From Blasia pusilla (lineage: Eukaryota), in assembly GCA_050084515.1 (NCBI GenBank), contig CM114271.1, positions 28,210,001-28,274,000 of the forward strand: a stretch of 64,000 nt of DNA. Reading direction: 5' to 3'. Positions 26,101 through 39,719 of the stretch are shown here, piece by piece (position 1 is the stretch's first letter; each line of letters begins with the position of its first letter). Both the position numbers and the translations under genes were made by a program. Under the pieces are notes generated by a model. That model was not told the DNA's origin and ran no database searches. It saw only the letters and a list, made by a program, of their open reading frames with translations.

Positions 26101-27524
26101 CCCGTCACATGAAAAAATCATTTTCAGCAAGCTGAGAAACTAGGCCTACAGCATGGATCCTAGACGGCTATTCTTCGTAAGTGAGACAGCAGAAGCAATC
26201 AATCCTTAAAACTAATGAGAGTTGCGCTTGCACGCATCTCACAACAAGTTCACGATCCTGCAAATTTCCTTGTTTCGGAGATTACCGAAAGATGACCTTG
26301 AGTTCAAGCTGGGAAAACAGGATTTTGTACGCAAGTGACTCTTTCAGAGTCTCTATGCTCTTAGATGAGACCATGAATCTGCTCAAGCTCTGCGTGGTAA
26401 CCAAAAACAATCTTACACTTCCAGCCTCGCCCCGTCGTTGCGGTACCCGTGAAGAGACGCCTCGTGATAGTAGGGCTCAAGGCTCTCGGATAGAACGTTC
26501 ATGTGTAGGAAGATCGCCGTTCCCCGGTAACAGAAATCAAGAATCAGCTGCAGTGGACGGACATCAGAAGATTTTCTGAAGGATGAGGTCAGCTGAGGAC
26601 ATCAAAAGTGTTCAGCAGCTGATGACGGATTTCTTGTTCGGTACGAACCCCAATCGCACTTCCATTCAGTTTCACAAACCCTTAAGCCATCTCACCTGTT
26701 ACAATCTTTAGCGAGTGGATGGGTTTTCCGACAGACACCACTACAAAGCTTTGGTAAGTGGTCCGGACTCGTACTGACGTCCTGCCCAGTTCCACAGTTT
26801 ACTTATCTCTCCATCAACTGAAATATCCTCTCTGCATGTATCGGTAGGGTTGTGGCATTACGTTCCATTTCTCATGGACATCAACACAAGCAAAATGCTC
26901 ACGAACAATTGAGAGAGAGTGGCTGTCCCACACGACATTTGTGACACCAAACCGACCAAATTCAGGTTTTCATATCCATCGGTGCGAAAACAGAAATGGG
27001 ACAGCCCTCGAGAAAGAATAGCCCACACGAACTGGTGACACGAAACTGGTTAAAAAAAGCTGTGACAAAGAGGATCAGTGACCTTAAGGAGCATCAGAAT
27101 CAGACATCCTCACAAAACCCATCGATCCAACCAAAGATAAATAAGCACCTCCAGCCAAAAGTTGGATTCTATCCTGATAAACAATTGAGCACAAGGCTCC
27201 GGAAGCTTTACATGCGCTGCAATATATCACCGATTGTGGTACACAGATTTGTGGAAAAAGGTTAAAAGTATAGCATGTGTAAGCGGAAGGCTTCAATCTA
27301 TACCCTTCTCGTCAACGTTCCACCCCCGCTCTTAATGAATAGCTCCTAGTTGGCCTAGCCTGCCCCGAATTGACAATTGCTTGATGCACTATTGACAATG
27401 TAACAAATATAGACAGGGGCAAGTACTTGCCCAGATTGACTGCTTGACAATCTCTGTATATCTACCTAATGTTCAAAGTGTTGATCCTAATTGTGGCAAT
27501 GACGACGAGAGACGTGGACGTCTC

Positions 27525-29186
27525 TTAGGCATTTACAACATACTCTGCAAATGTGCTGATGCGGGTTGCAAGTTCGGGTGACAAGTGCGAAACTGCTCGC
27601 CTGTGATCACGACTGCGGTCCACCGTCAACATTTCCGCCACGTCTCGCATACTCCACCCTGCTGCTCTCAAAGTAGCTTGAAGGAGTTCGGCCTGTCTTG
27701 ACAGGGCAATTAGAATTGATTGTTTATCCGCTAAACAATCGTCGTACTTCTTGGCAGCGGGTCGCGGCTCCATCATGTCATCGATTTCATGCTCCTTCCA
27801 TCCTCCTCTCCGGAGACGGACGGTCATATCCTCCATGTAATCCATCATCCAATTTGGCATTAACGTGTTTCTATATTTCGTCTGACCCTGATCCTCCCAG
27901 CAGGGCGAAAAGTTAGCCAGATCCATATCCACCTTCTGAGCAGAAAACAAATTCTCAGACACAAGAATGTTCGACGATTGACGTTTCTCAGTAAGCTCGC
28001 TCCAAAACTCTATGCGCCGAGCCGACTTCGTCACAAAGGCCGGCGAATTCATCGAGAAATGGGCAAGGGTCTTGCTGGACAGGGGCGTGTCCTCAAAAAA
28101 ACTGAATCTAGAGACACAATCTTGGGTAGGGTTCTTTGCCACACCCGTCATTGATCGAGAAATGGTGCTACTATGTCTATGCGGATTGTAGTCATAACCT
28201 TTGGAGCTGGCTCGTCTGCCCAAATTATCCAAACTCTTGAAGAGGCCATCCGAGTGCTTGGAAAGAGAGTCCAGACTACGCCCCCATGACTCGAAATCCT
28301 TCTCCGTACCTCCCTCCCATTTTCTCTCGGTCTCGTCGGTGCCATTTTCCCCTAGGGCATCCGACCCACGCCGAGATGCACCATTTTCGTAGTGCCCTTC
28401 TTGCGTTTCATTTTCACCGCTTCTGATTGACAAAATGAAGTTTTCTTTTCCAGTGACTCTGCCTCTGTCCTTGAACAAATCTCGACCACTGCCCATTCTT
28501 GAAATGACCATTCTGTTTCCACCATCCTCGATCCAGTCATTCAAGTCTGGCAAATTCGTCGGGGGCTGATAGTCATGCGGAACGAAAAGCTCTCGCTGGA
28601 AGAAATCTGCGACATCGACGCCACAAATGAGCACGTCTCTGCGATGTACAAAAAAGATCGGGTTGCCGGCGATGTTGGGAGAAGTAGGGATATAGCAATG
28701 GCTATACACTGGCACCAAAGTTGCAACTTTCCTCAGAGCTACCAGAGCTATTCGGACTGCTTGGTCCGTGTCCACAGGCCGAGGACCCCATTGCTTCCAC
28801 CAAGCATTTCCTCTGGCCACTTCGTACAGAAGCCCAGCTATGGGAAGATCAAACCTCATCTGGAGCTTATGATTGTCATGACGCCAATTCGGGAAGCCCT
28901 CTCCGACTGGAAGGCCCTCCTGCAGAATAGCCCTCAAATCAGGAGGAAATGTGAAACAAAAGGCTGCTTCCACTCTAGCGAATTCCTCATCTGTGAGGCC
29001 TTTGTCGATGGGGACACGGCAATTTCTCAAGTGGTCTATGACAGTGCGCGCGTAAGCAGCAAATGAGACGTAACAACGACGACCCCCACTACTGGGTGGA
29101 GTAGCACCAGCATGCGCTCGAGCCGAGAGGCGCTTCAGGCCCGCGACGTGCGCCTTCGAACTAATCCGGTGCCCCACGTCCACCAT
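27525..29186 (-). CDS. Plant SMI1/KNR4-like domain protein (At3g50340/At5g67020-type family), 553 aa, intronless
   Basis: Longest intact ORF. ATG at 29186 gives MVDVGHR, like the family's MVDV start. Conserved core GLTDEEFARVEAAFCFTFPPDLRAILQEGLPVGEGFPNWR, LVPVYSHCYIP..P..AGNPIFFV, RRIEFWS and LRRGGW/LRAAGWS. The ORF track start at 29225 is a non-ATG extension. Confidence 0.9.
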   Translation of the reverse strand: MVDVGHRISSKAHVAGLKRLSARAHAGATPPSSGGRRCYVSFAAYARTVIDHLRNCRVPIDKGLTDEEFARVEAAFCFTFPPDLRAILQEGLPVGEGFPNWRHDNHKLQMRFDLPIAGLLYEVARGNAWWKQWGPRPVDTDQAVRIALVALRKVATLVPVYSHCYIPTSPNIAGNPIFFVHRRDVLICGVDVADFFQRELFVPHDYQPPTNLPDLNDWIEDGGNRMVISRMGSGRDLFKDRGRVTGKENFILSIRSGENETQEGHYENGASRRGSDALGENGTDETERKWEGGTEKDFESWGRSLDSLSKHSDGLFKSLDNLGRRASSKGYDYNPHRHSSTISRSMTGVAKNPTQDCVSRFSFFEDTPLSSKTLAHFSMNSPAFVTKSARRIEFWSELTEKRQSSNILVSENLFSAQKVDMDLANFSPCWEDQGQTKYRNTLMPNWMMDYMEDMTVRLRRGGWKEHEIDDMMEPRPAAKKYDDCLADKQSILIALSRQAELLQATLRAAGWSMRDVAEMLTVDRSRDHRRAVSHLSPELATRISTFAEYVVNA

Positions 29187-31439
29187 TTCTCCCCAGTTAA
29201 AATTCCTTCCTTTCCAAACCAACACTTCTCACGTCATGCTCATCGGTTGACTACCGAGTGTTTATCTCCACGTTTGGATGCTTCGCTTCTCTATTAGATA
29301 CGGTCTTTGGACTGTCGCCCATATCCCCAACAGGCCGTCCGCTTCCGATCCTTCCAAGCTCAGCCTGACCTCCAAAGCCACTCCACTCTGAAACAAAAGA
29401 ACCTTCAATCTTCTCCTAAATCCACGCCCTGCTGCCCTCTAGAACGAAAGCATCCGAGACACGGAAACACGGAGAATCGAACTCTCACCCGTGAGACCAT
29501 CGCCCAGGGCAGTCCTCACTTTCTTCAACGGTAGGAACGCCAAAAGTAAGAATTCATGGAGTCGAATACAGCTCGGCTCCAGAATAGTCGCCCATGCACT
29601 TATGTACCATGGTATCCCAATTACAGCCGCTCATGGTGTGCGGAGCGGTTTCCACGGCAGCCATTCCGCCAACATTCGTCTGATGAACCACACGGACGTC
29701 GTTGTCTGTCCTCAAGAAGAAGTAACGCACTCGATTGAGCACTTGCGCCGATGACCACCGCTGCGGGCACAGAACTCCACGGCCTAAAAACTCACAAACA
29801 ACCACAGCCGACAATGTGACGAAAGGCCACACCGAAATCCAGATGACAAGTATGCCAACGACCCAACGATCGGAAACTTCTGCGCGCTCCGGGAGAAGTG
29901 ATATTGTAGAGTCGAGCGAAGGAGTGGAAGAGGACTAGAAGCCGATAGATGCCAAGCTGTGCGAGAGAAGCGTGGGATGAAGCGAACGAAGAGGGATGCT
30001 GGCGAATTAATTCGAACCAACGAGCCACGTGAGAACGGAAACAAACGAAGTCCCCTTCCCAGGACGGATTGGAGGACGGATCTAACGGGAACCTGAATCA
30101 CACGGGCTCAAGCTGTCTCCGCCTGCCCTGGCTTGGTTGGGTCCGGTTTGGCTTGGCTTTAGCTCGGGTTGCTTGGCTGCCGGCTTCCTCCGGCTTCCTC
30201 CCTCCCACTCGACTCTCTTTCTAGAAAAAGCGCCTCCGCTGTTGAAGAAGCAGGCGAGAGGCGACGAGGAGAAACCAACTACTTACTTACTACTGTACAA
30301 CTCGTTCAGATGTACGCGAGAAAAGAAAAGACCTATCTTCCCCCTACTAATGTCCGCGCAACAATTACCCTACCTACGACGGTCCCGCATCCAGCGGCGC
30401 GTCCATGAAGAGGCCTGCATTCAGAAAACACAGAGCCGCAGCGCAGCAGTGATCAGTGCAGTGCAACCTTCACCACCGTCTCAGCCGAGCCTGATAAAGC
30501 CACAACGGACCGCAGACAAACAAGACAGAGTCAGGATGGGGGTGTGCGCAGAGGAGGCAGCGAGCGAGAGAGAAAGAGAGGAGGAGCTGAGGGCAGGCAG
30601 ACGTTGGGACTGCCCTCAGGCCCCATGACAAAGTACTTACGCGCGACCGGACTACTCTCTCTCTCTCTCTCTCAGGGTTCCAACACCCCAACAGTGCCTG
30701 TCCACGTGTCATGTCATCACATACATCACCTGTACATGCATCATGGATAGACGGATGGATGGTCACGTACCTGCCTGGCTTCCCTGCACCTTATCGCAAT
30801 TCGCAACGGACGTCTCTCTCTCTCTCTCTCTCTCTCTCTCCTTCCCGTCTCCTTCGCATACTGTACCTTACTTTCCGGGGCGAGACGGGGACCGGCGTGA
30901 ATTCGGACGAGATGAGACTTCCTCGCATGCGCCATTGCGCCCATCGCACGAGTCGGTGGATCCTCTCAGGCTTGTTATTAACCACTTCAATGCTTGGGTG
31001 CGATCTTGTCTCCTTCTCATTCGCATCGGACGAACGCAGCGGCGTCCTCACCTCCACCGGTACTGCGGTCGCCGTCAAGCATGACGCATTTCGTTTGGTA
31101 CCTTCACCGCTTTGTTCTAGAATTTCTCTCGCTACAAACACACACACACTCATAAAACGCACATATAATAAGGACGGGTTCATACCTCTACTACAGGGCT
31201 GGATGTTTTTCTTTATTACTTCGATTGTCCCTTGGAATGACCTGATTCCCTTCTGCAAACCAGAGGATTTTGAAACCCTTTTGGGCTAAGAATACCTGCT
31301 TTAATGAATAAGGAAAGATGCACTTTCGATAGAAACGAGTGATGGAAAACCCATCGGAAGTACAAAAGAGGGGGACTCAAAGAGTCAAAACCTGAAGGCC
31401 ACAACACGACCAGAAAAGGAAGAAGGGGGCATTCCCCCC

Positions 31440-32510
31440 CCTAACGACGAAACTCACCAACAGCAGAGACAATATCAGCAACAACAAGAGAGCTATGACT
31501 ACTACTAAGTGGGCCTCTAGCGCGGCGTCTCCCCTGAGCCTGAGCCCGCCGCAAAATCCCATTAGCCTGGGCACGCTGCAACGCTATGGAGACCCGCGCT
31601 GTACAATACAGAATCGCAGAGCTAAGGACAACCCATTTCTCGAGTGGAGATGATGGGCGCGATCCGTGAACGAAAGTCGAACCTCTCCCCCCCATAGCCC
31701 CATACATCTCTATGGCCGTGGGGATGAAGATGTGTCCTCGTGTAGTCGATCAGTAGATATGTGTCTTCTTCGCCGCCGCCGCCGCCGCCGCTCCTTGTAG
31801 CATTCGCCCTTGGGCCACCACTTGGGCTCTGACCGCCTCCCGCGTAGGATCTGTGACTACCACGTCCGCCACAACCACCTCAGCCTCACGTGTCATGTAG
31901 AGATCGGCACGAATGAGGGAATCCCGCAGGAGTAGTGCCTCTCTCTCTGACATGGAAGCCACTCTCCCGAGCAATACGAACATGATATCCCGACCTTTGC
32001 ATCGTGAGTGGCTATCCTCACCCCCAATCGGATAGCGTGCCAAATGCACACCAAGTGGATCAGGCTCGGCGACACTCGCAATGTGTCGAACCAACCACCG
32101 ATGGTTGGGGAGGCCCAAGCGGAACCGCATTTGTGGTATAGGTAAGTGGTGCGATCGAAAGCTGGGAGAAGGGGCGCGCCCCTACCCATGAGCCTGCCCC
32201 TTTCGGAGCAAGAGCGACACGGGCCCTAACCTCCATGGGGATATTCCGTCAGGACATAGTGCCTCTAAAAACTGCCTCAAAGTGGGCTTCCATCAAGGAA
32301 GATTGGAGCCCAGGACCGACCGGAGGTAACTAAGGAGGAGAAAGTGGGGAGAACGGCTCGGCCTCAACTCGAAGGAATCTCTACAAGCTGTGAGTGAAGA
32401 CTGAAGTGGGAAAGAGCCATCCTCGACCTGGGAGACGTAGTGTAGAAGGAGCGGTCTATCTCTAACCAAAAATCGGGAGCAAAGGAGCCTCACTCTCCTT
32501 TCCATGCGCA
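31440..32510 (-). pseudogene. 3' fragment of a CRE-like non-LTR retrotransposon (restriction-like endonuclease domain)
   Basis: RFRLGLP, then DPLGVHLARYPIGGE (decayed zinc knuckle), RADL...ADVVVTDP, AAAAAAKK..Y, FIPTAIEMYGAMGG and SIALQRAQA. This is the ordered RLE-domain signature. Frameshifted. Confidence 0.7.
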
Positions 32511-34098
32511 CACATTTTTAATATAATAATAAGGAACTATTATTATTAGAAGCTTTTAATAACATATTTCTGAAGGGCATGTAATATTTGAGAAGAGGAA
32601 AATGTTTCCACATCTAAAAGTATAACACAAGTTGTTTTACGTCAAAACACTTCCTTCACGGAAACATGTTTGAGCCCATGACATGTTGTGTTCATCCGTC
32701 ATTTTTTAAATAAGATCGATTTTGGTTGAGAGTAATTCCACCCTATTTTGACTGCCATCAAAGATTCCAATCTCTTATCATTTAAGTCCACGTGGACTAA
32801 AAATCATTCTGTGTCTATACATTCTTATCGCGTAAGTCTAGTGTAAAAAATGAAATTTTCAATATGATTTCTCCAAATCCGAAACATGAGATTTTTATCT
32901 CATTGTTTCGGTGGAAAAATATGTTAATTGCTGTATCCACCGAAAACCATTTAAAATCTCAAATATAAAATGATTAACTGAAAGAAATGTGTGATCACAC
33001 AACTACTTCATGTGTTTTATAATCTTCCACAAAGTTCTATTCGGTTATATACGCAGCAGATTCTGTGTATTTTATTTAATTATAGATGAACAGTGGGAAT
33101 GATGATACGCACGGCAATTTATCGTGGGTCCGTCTTCCGCCTCTAAGTCTCTTAATTGTACGTATATACAGCTCTATAGAACAACTAGGTCCACGTGTTG
33201 GATCCTCTGCTCATCTTGTCTTAGCAGCATCCTTGGTACGAACGAACGAACGAAAGAAACGAAAACAAAAACAGCCTACCACATCATAATAATATCAAGG
33301 GAGTAGCTCGCTAACTAGCCTCGTCATTGGGTCCCGGCGGTAATTATTTACATGTACTTTGAGAAAGTGCAAACGCAATCAATGTCAGTATAATATAAAC
33401 CTGTTCCCAATACCAACACGAGGCAATCAGATCGTCGTCGAGTGACTCGAGTCCTTCTGCTGGTCACAAAACAAATGATGACGCCCCCCCCCGGGCCACC
33501 CCCCACCCTAGGAAAGAGGGAAGTCTCCCTCTTGTCGTGCTGGGCTCGAGCAAGGCGAGACTGGATCGGAAGATTCGGAACCAACAGGTGCAGTTTCGAG
33601 CTTACGGACTGCAGCGTCGAGCTTGGCCTCGTCTCCGATACGGTGTACGTTGTCGGAAGGTCGGGTGCTCCCAGAGGCAGGGTGGCCGTGAGAAGCGCCG
33701 ATTGCCGGGAAGCGCCTCGTCCCGGAGCACGAGGAGACGAGTTCATACTTCATAGCCAAGGATGCAAATGTGGCACGAACTTCCTTGACGTTCCTTCTCT
33801 TTGTGAACCCTTTCCAATCAGTCGCTCGTCATTTCCGCTGCTCCGTCCTTACCCAAGCACGACCATGTTATGAATGCCCGTAGAATTCGCGGGAGTCCGG
33901 CGTCCGCACTCCTGACCTCGGAGCTCGTCAGGATGCGAATCAAGGCTAGGGTAATTTAGTTGATTAAATTTAGCTCCGGAATGTCTTCAGCTTGCATATT
34001 CGCTTTGGTCAGGAAGAAACTATTATACGTGGAAGAAGGGATCCGTTAGTTGCAAAGTAGACAAATCCCTGGGGAAGAAATACTCGAGTTTTTATTTG

Positions 34099-34254
34099 TA
34101 TATATATATCCTAATTGGAGATGCCTTTTTAGTTCTCCTCCGTTTGACACGTGTGAATGCATGTCTCTGAAATTTTTTTATCAAGTTAGTTGGGATCGTA
34201 TTGAAACATGACAATTTTACACGGGGATCCGTGCATCTTACGGGTCCTTACTAG
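34099..34254 (+). mobile_element. Putative miniature non-autonomous Helitron
   Basis: TATATATATCCTAA start. 3' hairpin GGATCCGTG-catct-TACGGGTCC followed by TTA-CTAG|T. Confidence 0.5.
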
Positions 34255-37200
34255 TAATAAAGAAGCGGGGAGTACATGGCGACTGGACACATATTGAGGC
34301 CCATAATGCAAACTAGCAAGTAAAGCTTGGCTGGCTGTCTAAACACAAGTCACATGTTTTAGGATCGACCTTCTTAGAACTATTCCATCCCATTCCATCC
34401 ACCCGAGACACACCCGCAGTTTGACTCATTCACATCCCTTCAGGATGAATCGACAACCACCACTGAATCCTGGCCACATATGAGAAACTATCAAGCGTGT
34501 CGAGAATCCTTGGGAACGAAATTTGCTTTGTTTCCAAAAGCTAAAGCACAAAGTGACGAAGTCTCCGAATTTCTTCCGCTCTTTATCGAAAATCGTAGTT
34601 TTCATACTATTCTTCTTGGGACTCGAGTTTACGAGTGGTCACGGCGGGTGGCGTAATGCATTACTGAAGGAACGGCAGATTGTTAAAAGCTGAAATTTGT
34701 CACTAGCGTGGGTGGGCAGCAATTTGGCTCTCAAAATCTATCATTTTGAAGCAGATGCTTATAGGGATTCGCTTTACCAAGATTAGCGAAAAAGCGCAAT
34801 CCGCGCGAGATTAACCCCTTCCGCCTTTCTTTCTCCGATGGTTTGTAACTCTGTACAACTCGGGGGACGGTTGCAGTAAGCTAGAGTACTGCGGGTGAAA
34901 CTAGACCGTATTACCGTAAAGCGTCCCTTCATTGTCGTCACATGCCATCTCGGTCTTTCACGCTTCCACATAAGTCCAATAAAGTACTCTGAGAAAGGGA
35001 TGGACTTCCCAGTTCGGCGTCAGTGTGCACGAAATAAAGGACGCTTCCGGGAATTCCCCAGGATGAGTCCTGGACAATGACGGCTCCACCTTCACTTCAC
35101 CATCCAGTAGTATCCACACTGCGCAAGTTCACAGAGCAGCACCGCAGCCATAGTGGGCATAGTTTATCCCATCAGGCCCCACCCGCTTCGAGATGGAGAT
35201 ACCCACGAGTGATGATTCTTGCGTGAGGATGAGGTCGACACCAATCACCCCATGCCCACGGTGACACGGCTTGCTCTTCTCCCCTCTGCTCACACGCTCG
35301 AGCGGGCCAGAAAATTAACAAAAGTGAGGTCAGCAGCGCAGTAATTCTGGTGCGTGTGAACCAGATTTCATTATGGTCGGACCTAATCCCGAGGGTAATC
35401 TTTCTGGGGTTCCCTTGCTAATGTAGTCGCCTTTATTAGAAGTCAGTTTCGGACAGTCACACTTGTTATCGGATATCAGGTAACTCAGGTTGCTATAAAT
35501 TTATTTCAACCGTTAGTATCGGCAAGATATGCTTTTCGATACGGCCTCCAAAAAAGATCTGCTATCAAGGCTCCGGTCCTCCTCTCTCGCTCGCTGTCTT
35601 CCCTAAACCCTAAATGCCCCCTTCTTCTTTTGCATACTTGACTTGACTCTTTGGGTCCCTCTTTTGTTTTTCTCAAGTATTGATGTTCATCATTTGTCTT
35701 CCTCCCCCTTTGCACTTCGTAGAGCTTCCCCTCAGTTTCCTTCCAGCATCCTCTTTTGCTCATCCCCTCTTTTCTCTTCCACCAGCTTGGATTCACAGAG
35801 AGATCTGAATAAGAGTGGAAGCAGAATGTAATCACCCAGCCACAGCCTGGAATCAGAATGGGAGAACGAAACCATCCTTGCACTTGTCCTCGTCAATGAC
35901 GGCATATCGTCACGGAGCTGAATCGAGGACCCCGTGCTCCACGTCTCAACTTCCAACTCCACGATGACCCCCAAACCAAAGGCACCGGTTTTAGAAAACC
36001 CTAATCGTCGAGCTTTCTTCGTACTACCCTACCGCCCCACGTACCCGCAGTTTAATGCCTAGCGAGTACAGCACTCACCGAAGGCCTTCCCAGTCCGTAA
36101 CCGGTTGTCGCACGCTGTCGCAGTGTCGCACCTCCGGCCGGCGGGAATCCGTTCACTTCCGGGCCCCGTTGTCCCCATGTTCTGTTCCTGTTCCTACACG
36201 GTCATCGGCCTCTGTAATGGGCCGGCCTCGAGGTGCCATGTGCTCATGGACTGCTGGAGTGATCGTTTAGGCTTCGTCGCGTTGGTCCACCAGGAGCTGC
36301 TAGGTCTGACCCCGCCACGTCAACACGTGTGCGAAACAAGAATGGGGCCAGTAAGTGAGAATGGAAGGTGGAAAAATAGGGAAGAAAATAGTTGGAAATA
36401 AAATGGGGGGTGACAAAAAAAGGTAGGCGGTGTATTTGTGAGAGAAGTGCAAATAGACGTTATGTAATTGTGGAAGTAGGAATGACAATTTTGTTGACGT
36501 ACCATATGGTAGTGTAATGTAAAATGTGTCATATCAGAAGAAGATTATTTAGTTGAGAACTGAAAATTGGGAAAGTTGATAGGGAATGAGAAGTGAAATA
36601 GAGGATATGAATGTACTGGATGGAATTATATGGCCTTTGAGTACACGAGCAATGAAGATCAGAAAGTTTGAAGTAGGTAGATTCAATTGGTGTCAGGGAT
36701 GGAGGTGCACAAGGTTTGAAGTCGAGTAGGAATTTGAAATCTGACCCTAAACAAAAAAAAAATTGATAGTGTGTCTTTTCTATTTCTCTTGTATGATAAT
36801 CTAGTTCGCATTTGTCATAAGTAATTTGAGCGATTTGTAGGAGTTCCATATGTTAAATGCAAAGTGTGCGATTAGTGAAAAAGAAATTGTGATGAGAGCA
36901 TACGCGTAGATATTTTGTGTTTGTGTGAACATACTTAAATACAGGAAAGTTGAAAGTAAGAGACAACACAAGAGACTTAGAGTGAGGTTTTCAGAATGCA
37001 CATAGAAGATAAAAGAAGTTGCAAAGATTATATGTAGATGGATAAGTAATGTATGTGAAAATGAATGAAAAGGAAGGATGGTAAGCAGTTGAATCATCAT
37101 ATAATTTGATGTAGAGTAGTTTACACAAATTACTATCAAAATGTTTGCATAAATTGAGTGAACATAGAAAGATGGAAAGGAGATGGACAACCATGAAAAA

Positions 37201-39719
37201 ACAACATGCAAAGTAGTAAAAATCAAGTGCAATGAGAGACATCCTTTAGAAAATTGAAATACATACGTAATTAACTCAGCCAAAAATAAACTAATAGTAG
37301 AAAAGAAGAGAGACACCGAAGCTACTATCAAAATGGTTGCATAAATTGATTGAACATGGAAACATTGAAAGCAGATGGATAACCATGAAGAAAAACATGC
37401 AAAGTACTTAACTGACATTATCTACTAAACTGAAATACATGAGTAAGAGAACTTATGAAGCAATAAGTTAATTGTAGAAAAGCATAGAGACACATTGAAT
37501 TATGCAATCGAGCAAAAGGACTAGAAAGTGTATAGTGAAAATACAAAAATAAATGTCATGCTGTATTCACTACTGGAAGTGTGTCATGATAGTAAAATTA
37601 ACATGAAAGTAGTGTTAATGCCAAAGTTGATAGAGTGAAATTTGGTTCTATCACTCACATTACGGTAGTTTATGGCATGAAAGAACAAAACTTGAGAACC
37701 ATATGATAGTAACAAATCCTATCACTATCCGAGTAGTGCCTGAATTATATTAGCCTGCAGTTGAAGCTTTGGGTTGCCAACAATCATAGGCTACACATCT
37801 TTCACGAAGTCCTTGAAGTAGGAACTTCCATCCTTTAACTTCTCAGAATAGTAGTTAATGTGCTCGTTTTGCTTGTCAATCTCTTCATACAGAGATGAAG
37901 CAAGATCTTCATGTAACCTTAACTATATCTCCAAATTTCCAATTTGAGATTCAGCTTCATAGAGTCTTGACTCAATTTCTTCATGGATTTCCATTGGAAC
38001 AAAGTTGGTTTAGTGTTTAGTAGCACGACTAGTGGAAGTACTACCATGGCGAGCTCTCCTAAATGGTCTCCTGCAGCGAACCTGTAAACATCATAGGCGT
38101 TGAAGGGAAATGAGCGAAAGAAAGTGTAGGTGAAAGTGACAAAAACATAAAACAAAGTGGTGGTGAAAAGGGTGGAGGGGGATGGGGTTGTATCATCATC
38201 AAAATGTGTAGGTGTAATGAAATCCAATTTAGATAATGGAAGAGAGTGTGGTATGTTGATATCATAAGTAGCTTATGAGAGAAAAAATTGATGTGCATAA
38301 AAATGAGATCCACAACAATACATTAGAAGAAAATATTTGAGTAAGTAGCCATGGTGTAAGTGAAAATTGTGAGATTTTCAAAATTTATATGAAAAGTGTG
38401 GGGGAAAAAAAACAACGTAGATTAAAAGCTACAATCTGAAATGGCCGAGATATAGCACACTGAAGTGTAAAGAAGTAGTGCATGAGCCTGCACAGAAGGA
38501 GACAAAATTACAGAGTATAGTGTAAAGTAGATTATGAAAACACGAAGATAATGGAAATGGTAGGAGTGATATCTTATGAAAATGCTAGATAATAATAGAT
38601 GGAGAGGAAAGTGTTGTACATGATAATTTCATGCACACTTATGCTTTCCTGGCCAGTTGACCAGATCGGTATCAATGTATGGATTGATTTCATGGTTGTG
38701 TGAAGAATGTAAGTCAAAATCTAGAAGGATTGGAATTGTGTTTGTCTTGCAGGAATCTATAGTTGTGACTGGGAGATGTGGTAGATCACCATTACTCTTT
38801 GCCAATTTCATGTGTGTGATTGAGTAGATGGGAGGCCTTGACTCAAGTGAGCTTAATTAGCATATGCAACAATAAACGGAACTCGCGTGTGAGTGGTCTC
38901 AACTGATCTAGCTTAATTACGCCTGATGCAAGAGAGAAAAGTTTGTTCGTCTCAGTACAAGTTAGAGAAGTCTCCTTATAGTCAATCTTTTTAAACGTAA
39001 GTGCTTCCTTCTAGAGACCTACAATGCAAGAAGATTATGTTAGTAGATGGAGAAACAAAGACAAATGTTGTGTCTTAATGAAGTGTACATTGCAAATAAT
39101 AGAAATCAATGAGTAGGTAAAGGGGAAATACTTGAGGCAAGGGCGGCTTTATTATGCATCTTGAACTTGTGATTTGAATCCTGGTCTTGGGCGATAATTG
39201 TCTGGACTTTCATGATAGTGACCCCATTTTCCTGAAAAGCGGGAACATGACTGAGGTTGTCACAAAACCTCATGTGGTTCCCACTTGGTTGGACGAAGCG
39301 TGGTGCTTGTACTTTTGGTATATGCTTGATGTCGTTAAGGATCATGGAGGAAAAATCCATATAGCTTGTAGGAACCCGTTGGGTGAGAGTTAGAAATAGT
39401 AAGGTAGGAAAATATACTTAGCTTTGAGAGTAAGTTGAATTTACATGTGAAGGAGGTGGTGCAAAATCAGCATGATAAGGTGGAGAGAAGCTAGGCTCAT
39501 TCTCATGGGTCGGCAAGGTACTTATATCGGATTTCTGAATTTTCTCCATGTAAGACAAACTCTGGTTTGGAGCTGCTCCTCCAATGACTTTCTTACACCT
39601 GGACCTTGTGGTACTATCACTTGAAGCCATTCTGGAATATGAATACAATTATAGTGAAAGTAGTAAGTGCAACTCAAACTTGTTGTCCATATGTAATAAA
39701 ATCAAAAGATTGCACGATA

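Noticed and set aside
30137-31289. Overlapping 100-190 aa ORFs upstream of the host gene
   Set aside because: GC-rich, CT-repeat promoter/UTR-like sequence, open on both strands, with no recognisable protein motifs.
33348-33873. Overlapping ORFs in a GC-rich island
   Set aside because: No domain similarity or splice structure that I can support.
36529-37418. Hydrophobic ORFs resembling membrane proteins
   Set aside because: AT-rich, purine-skewed sequence with an internal duplication (about 37130-37260 versus 37320-37440). No recognisable domain.
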